Shown here: piece by piece, positions 60,770-64,000 of the stretch
Layout of the letters: each line of letters starts with the position of its first letter
How positions within the stretch are numbered: the stretch's first letter is position 1
Assembly (NCBI GenBank): GCA_963813335.1
Contig: CAWEYL010000001.1
Span: 768,001 to 832,000 of the forward strand
Length of the DNA: 64,000 nt
From: an uncultured Chloroflexia bacterium
GTDB taxonomy: Bacteria; Chloroflexota; Limnocylindria; Limnocylindrales; CSP1-4
Direction: 5' to 3'
The notes under the pieces: generated by a model
Database searches by the model: none
Told to the model about the DNA's origin: nothing
Seen by the model: only the letters and a program-made list of their open reading frames with translations
Program-made: the position numbers and the translations under genes

Positions 60770-61441
60770 TCAGCCCCGGGGAGGGCGGCCAGAGACCGAC
60801 GGATCGCCCGCGACGACGAAGCGCCAGGGCATATCGGCCCAGGGCGGCCCGGCGTACCCCACGCCGACCCGCGGGCCGGTCGCGATCGCATCGTCAGGAA
60901 CGCTCCCGAGCGGCCCCTCGAGGCGGAGCGGGGAGGACGGATCGCACAGGTCGACGCCGGTGGCGGACCGGTCGATCGCGAACGCCGCGCCGACGAGTCC
61001 CGGTCCGCTGGCCAGTCGCGCGTCGGGGAGCCGGGCCAGGCGCGCTGCCTCGCGTGCCGCCGCGTCCGGGGCGATCGCCCGTCGGTGCGCCGCCAGCCAG
61101 GCCAGCCGGTCCGCGCGCATCAGCTCGATCCCGTCGGTCGGCGCGACCGCGCGGATGAGCAGCGCGCTGGCGGATCCGGCCGGACCGGTGACGACGTTCA
61201 GGCAGTCATGCATCCCGTAGACAAGGTACACGTAGGCGATGCCCGGTCGCCCGAACATGACCGCGTTGCGGGTCGTCCGCCCGGCCCGGGCATGCGACGC
61301 GAGGTCCTCGGGGCCGTTGTAGGCCTCGACCTCGACGATGCGACCCGCGCGCCGGCCGCGCGCGTCCTCGTGGACGAGCGTGGCGCCCAGGATCGCGCGC
61401 GCGGCGTCGACCGCCGGCTGGTCCAGCGCCGCGCGGTCCAT
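60770..61441 (-). CDS. mpg: DNA-3-methyladenine glycosylase (MPG/AAG family)
   Basis: IVEVEAY, YVYLVYGMH, LIRA, SGPG, PRVGV, PWRF. Confidence 0.93.
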   Translation of the reverse strand: MDRAALDQPAVDAARAILGATLVHEDARGRRAGRIVEVEAYNGPEDLASHARAGRTTRNAVMFGRPGIAYVYLVYGMHDCLNVVTGPAGSASALLIRAVAPTDGIELMRADRLAWLAAHRRAIAPDAAAREAARLARLPDARLASGPGLVGAAFAIDRSATGVDLCDPSSPLRLEGPLGSVPDDAIATGPRVGVGYAGPPWADMPWRFVVAGDPSVSGRPPRG

Positions 61442-61445
61442 CCCG

Positions 61446-62027
61446 CTAGATGTAGCGCGACTCCAGCCAGTCCGGGATCAGGAACCCGAAGACCGCGAAG
61501 AACGCCGGGATGAGGGTCTCGCGGAACAGGACCGCCGCGTTCGAGCCATCGAGCGCCGTCCAGAACTCGCGCAGGAACGGCAGCTCCTGCGGGTCCTCGG
61601 CGATGCCGTGGACGGTGAAGAACGAGTCGAGGATGATCAGGACGGCGCCGAAGATCAGCGCGGCCTGGACCAGGCCGAGGATCCCGCCGATCAGCTCGTC
61701 GGCGAAGCGCGCCTTCGGGAAGAGCGGCGACGACTTGTAGAGGCCCTGGGCGACCAGCGCGAAGGCGATCGCGGATGCCAGGAACACGGTCCCGAACCCG
61801 ATCATCGTGCTGTATTCCTTGGAGAACTGCGTCCAGTTCTGTCCGAGGTACGCCCCGAGGGGTTCGGCGATGTTGGCGGCGAAGAGGAACGAGAACAGGA
61901 TCGAGGCGATGCCGATCAGGCGCCGGATCGTGCCCTGGGCGAACCCCAGCACGAAGAACGCCATGAAGTACAGGAAGATGAGCAGGTCGACGGTGCTGAT
62001 CCCGCCCAGGAAATTCCCGAGATCCAC
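61446..62027 (-). CDS. cvpA: CvpA family membrane protein
   Basis: VDLL...GFAQG, DELIGGILG; usual pheT-cvpA-mutS2 context. Confidence 0.82.
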   Translation of the reverse strand: MDLGNFLGGISTVDLLIFLYFMAFFVLGFAQGTIRRLIGIASILFSFLFAANIAEPLGAYLGQNWTQFSKEYSTMIGFGTVFLASAIAFALVAQGLYKSSPLFPKARFADELIGGILGLVQAALIFGAVLIILDSFFTVHGIAEDPQELPFLREFWTALDGSNAAVLFRETLIPAFFAVFGFLIPDWLESRYI

Positions 62028-62165
62028 CGGTGCTCCTTCTAGTCCGAACGTACCGGCCGGCGCCGGAGCCGCGCTAGGTTAGCAGCGGCTCTCCGCGCGC
62101 CGCAAGGGGACGGATGGGTGGTCGGATGGGTCCGCGAAGGTCCGGTCCGGTCCGGGGTGGACCGG

Positions 62166-64000
62166 TCAGGTCCGGAGGCGTGCCGCGACGTCCGCCGCCA
62201 GCCCGGCCGTGACCTGGGCGACCACCGCGTCCACCTCGGCATCGGTCAGCGTGCGGTCGTCGTCGCGCAGGGTCAGCCGGTACGCCAGGCTCTTCTCGCG
62301 CTCGGCGAGCGGACGGCCGCGGTAGACGTCGAAGAGGGCGACCGCGCGCAGGCGTGGCCCGGCGTGCTGGCGGATCGAGGCCTCCACCTCCGCCGCGAGC
62401 GTGGCCGCGTCCACGATCACTGCAAGGTCGCGCTCGACGGCCGGGAAGCGTGGCGGCGGCAGGACCCGCGCGTCGGGGAACCGGCCCCGGGCCAGCCCGC
62501 GGATCGCGACTTCCGCCACGATCACGCGATCCGCTCGGATCTCCAGCGCCTCGATCGCCGCCGGATGCAGCTCGCCGAGCCGGCCCACGATCCCGCCGCC
62601 GGCGTCGATCCGCGCGGCGCGGCCCGGGTGCAGGTTCGCATCGTCGGTCAGCGCGCTCCAGGCAGGTGCCGGAAGTCCGGCCTGGCGGGCGACCGCCTCG
62701 AGGATGCCTTTCGCGTCATCGACGTCGTACGTCCGCGCGGCCCGGTTCCAGGCCGGCGGCTCGGCCGGCCCGGTCAGGGCGAATCCCAGGCGCCACCATT
62801 CGTGCGTCGGCGAGGCATCGGCCGCACCGTCACCGGTCGCGCCGTAGCCCTTGCCGATCTCGAAGATGGCGATCTCGGGGTGGCCGTGGCGCAGGTTCGT
62901 GGCGACGACTTCGAGCAGGCTGCCGAGCAGGCTCTGGCGCAGGACCGAGTGCTGGCTGGAGAGCGGGTTGGTGACGACGACCGGCCGTCCCGCCGGACGC
63001 TGCTCCGGCTCGCCCGCGGGTGCACCATCGTCGTGGAACGGGAACCGCTCGACCATCCGCGGCGAGACGAGCGCGTACGTCACCACTTCGCTCAGGCCGG
63101 CGCCGCTCAGGGTCTCGCGGATCGCGTCGCGTGCGTCCAGCGGGCCGTGGCGATAGGGCGGCATCGGCGTGTGCGGCAGGACCGGGGGGATGGTCTCGTA
63201 GCCGCGCACGCGAATGATCTCCTCGATGACGTCGGTCTCGACCGCGAGGTCGCGCCGCCACGTCGGCACCACGGCCTCCAGGACGGCGACGTCGGGCGCC
63301 GGCTCGATGGTGAGCGGCCTGGTCCCTGTGGCGACCGGGACGGCCGTGCCCGCCGGGGCGACGGCGGTCTCGATCCCGACGCGCGCCAGCAGCACCCGCT
63401 GCTCCGCGGGCTCGAGCGTCACGCCCAGCAGGCGGTCGGTCCGCGCCGGGCGGAACGCGACGCGGGCCGGCTCGGGCTCGTCGGGGTCGGTGTCGACCGC
63501 ACCGGCGTGGAGGGTGCCGCCGGCCCATTCGAGGATGAGTCGCGCCGTGCGATCGGCGCCCAGGCGGGCCATCCGCCATTCCTGGCCCTTCTCGAACAGG
63601 AGGCTCGCCTCGGAGCGGAGGGCGTAGCGCGTCGCGGTCCGCCGGATGCTGACCGGGTCGAAGATCGCGGACTCGACGACGACGTCGGTCGTCTCCGGCC
63701 CGATCTCCGACGCCGCCCCGCCCATGACGCCGCCGATCGCGATCGGCCCGTCCGGGTCCGCGATCACGACCGTCTCGGGATGCAGCTCGCGGTCGACATG
63801 ATCAAGCGTCTCGAGCCGCTCGCCCGGGCGGGCGCGGCGGACGATGATCCGGCCGCCGTGGACCGCCGCCGCGTCGAAGGTGTGGATCGGCTTGCCGAGC
63901 TCGAGCATCACGTAGTTGCTGGCGTCGACCACGTTCGAGATCGGCCGCTGGCCGGCCGCCAGTAACCGCATCTGGACCTGGTCGGGCGACGGACCGATGG
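62166..64000 (-). CDS. pheT: phenylalanine--tRNA ligase beta subunit (5' end outside window)
   Basis: NVVDASNYVMLELG.P.H.FD, PTWRRDL..E.DVIEE, NPLS, LRQSL, RDLA, FDVYRG, KSLA. Confidence 0.97.
   Translation of the reverse strand, partial: IGPSPDQVQMRLLAAGQRPISNVVDASNYVMLELGKPIHTFDAAAVHGGRIIVRRARPGERLETLDHVDRELHPETVVIADPDGPIAIGGVMGGAASEIGPETTDVVVESAIFDPVSIRRTATRYALRSEASLLFEKGQEWRMARLGADRTARLILEWAGGTLHAGAVDTDPDEPEPARVAFRPARTDRLLGVTLEPAEQRVLLARVGIETAVAPAGTAVPVATGTRPLTIEPAPDVAVLEAVVPTWRRDLAVETDVIEEIIRVRGYETIPPVLPHTPMPPYRHGPLDARDAIRETLSGAGLSEVVTYALVSPRMVERFPFHDDGAPAGEPEQRPAGRPVVVTNPLSSQHSVLRQSLLGSLLEVVATNLRHGHPEIAIFEIGKGYGATGDGAADASPTHEWWRLGFALTGPAEPPAWNRAARTYDVDDAKGILEAVARQAGLPAPAWSALTDDANLHPGRAARIDAGGGIVGRLGELHPAAIEALEIRADRVIVAEVAIRGLARGRFPDARVLPPPRFPAVERDLAVIVDAATLAAEVEASIRQHAGPRLRAVALFDVYRGRPLAEREKSLAYRLTLRDDDRTLTDAEVDAVVAQVTAGLAADVAARLRT

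Noticed and set aside
62115-62175. GGTCC micro-repeats after pheT
   Set aside because: Short low-complexity GC run with no supporting structure
1-64000. rRNA, tRNA, CRISPR-cas, transposase, integrase or prophage genes
   Set aside because: No recognisable motifs seen; tRNAscan-SE and Infernal were not run, so short RNAs could be missed

Overview
GC-rich bacterial chromosomal window. Gene content and order suggest Chloroflexota, possibly Limnocylindria-like (inference only). Positions ~22-64 kb are mostly housekeeping: hflX, miaA, miaB, ymdB, rny, recX, recA, tgt, ruvCAB, yebC, an EF-G paralogue, a TrpR-family regulator with the his operon, tyrS, a class A PBP, mutS2, mpg, cvpA and pheT. Positions ~0-22 kb are accessory. 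A 28-bp XerC/XerD dif-like site lies at 18986-19013, and GGGNAGGG (KOPS-like) octamers change strand around it, suggesting the replication terminus. Abutting it is a less GC-rich 5.7-kb candidate defence cassette: RES toxin, downstream Xre/MbcA-like antitoxin with its own promoter, DUF2075 nuclease-helicase, and a Rad50-like zinc-hook ATPase with a HEPN-like tail (RloC-like). Other notable items are an 83-nt hairpin RNA with its own -10 element beside a DnaA-box cluster, an uncharacterised two-gene cassette under an 11-bp-periodic repeat array, a structured rny leader, an unlisted 54-aa protein upstream of recA, and identical RBS/start repeats shared by unrelated genes. Many single-base frameshifts, including in core genes, point to unpolished long-read sequence. 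No rRNA, tRNA, CRISPR array, transposase or integrase was recognised. All family assignments come from motifs read by eye; no database search was run.
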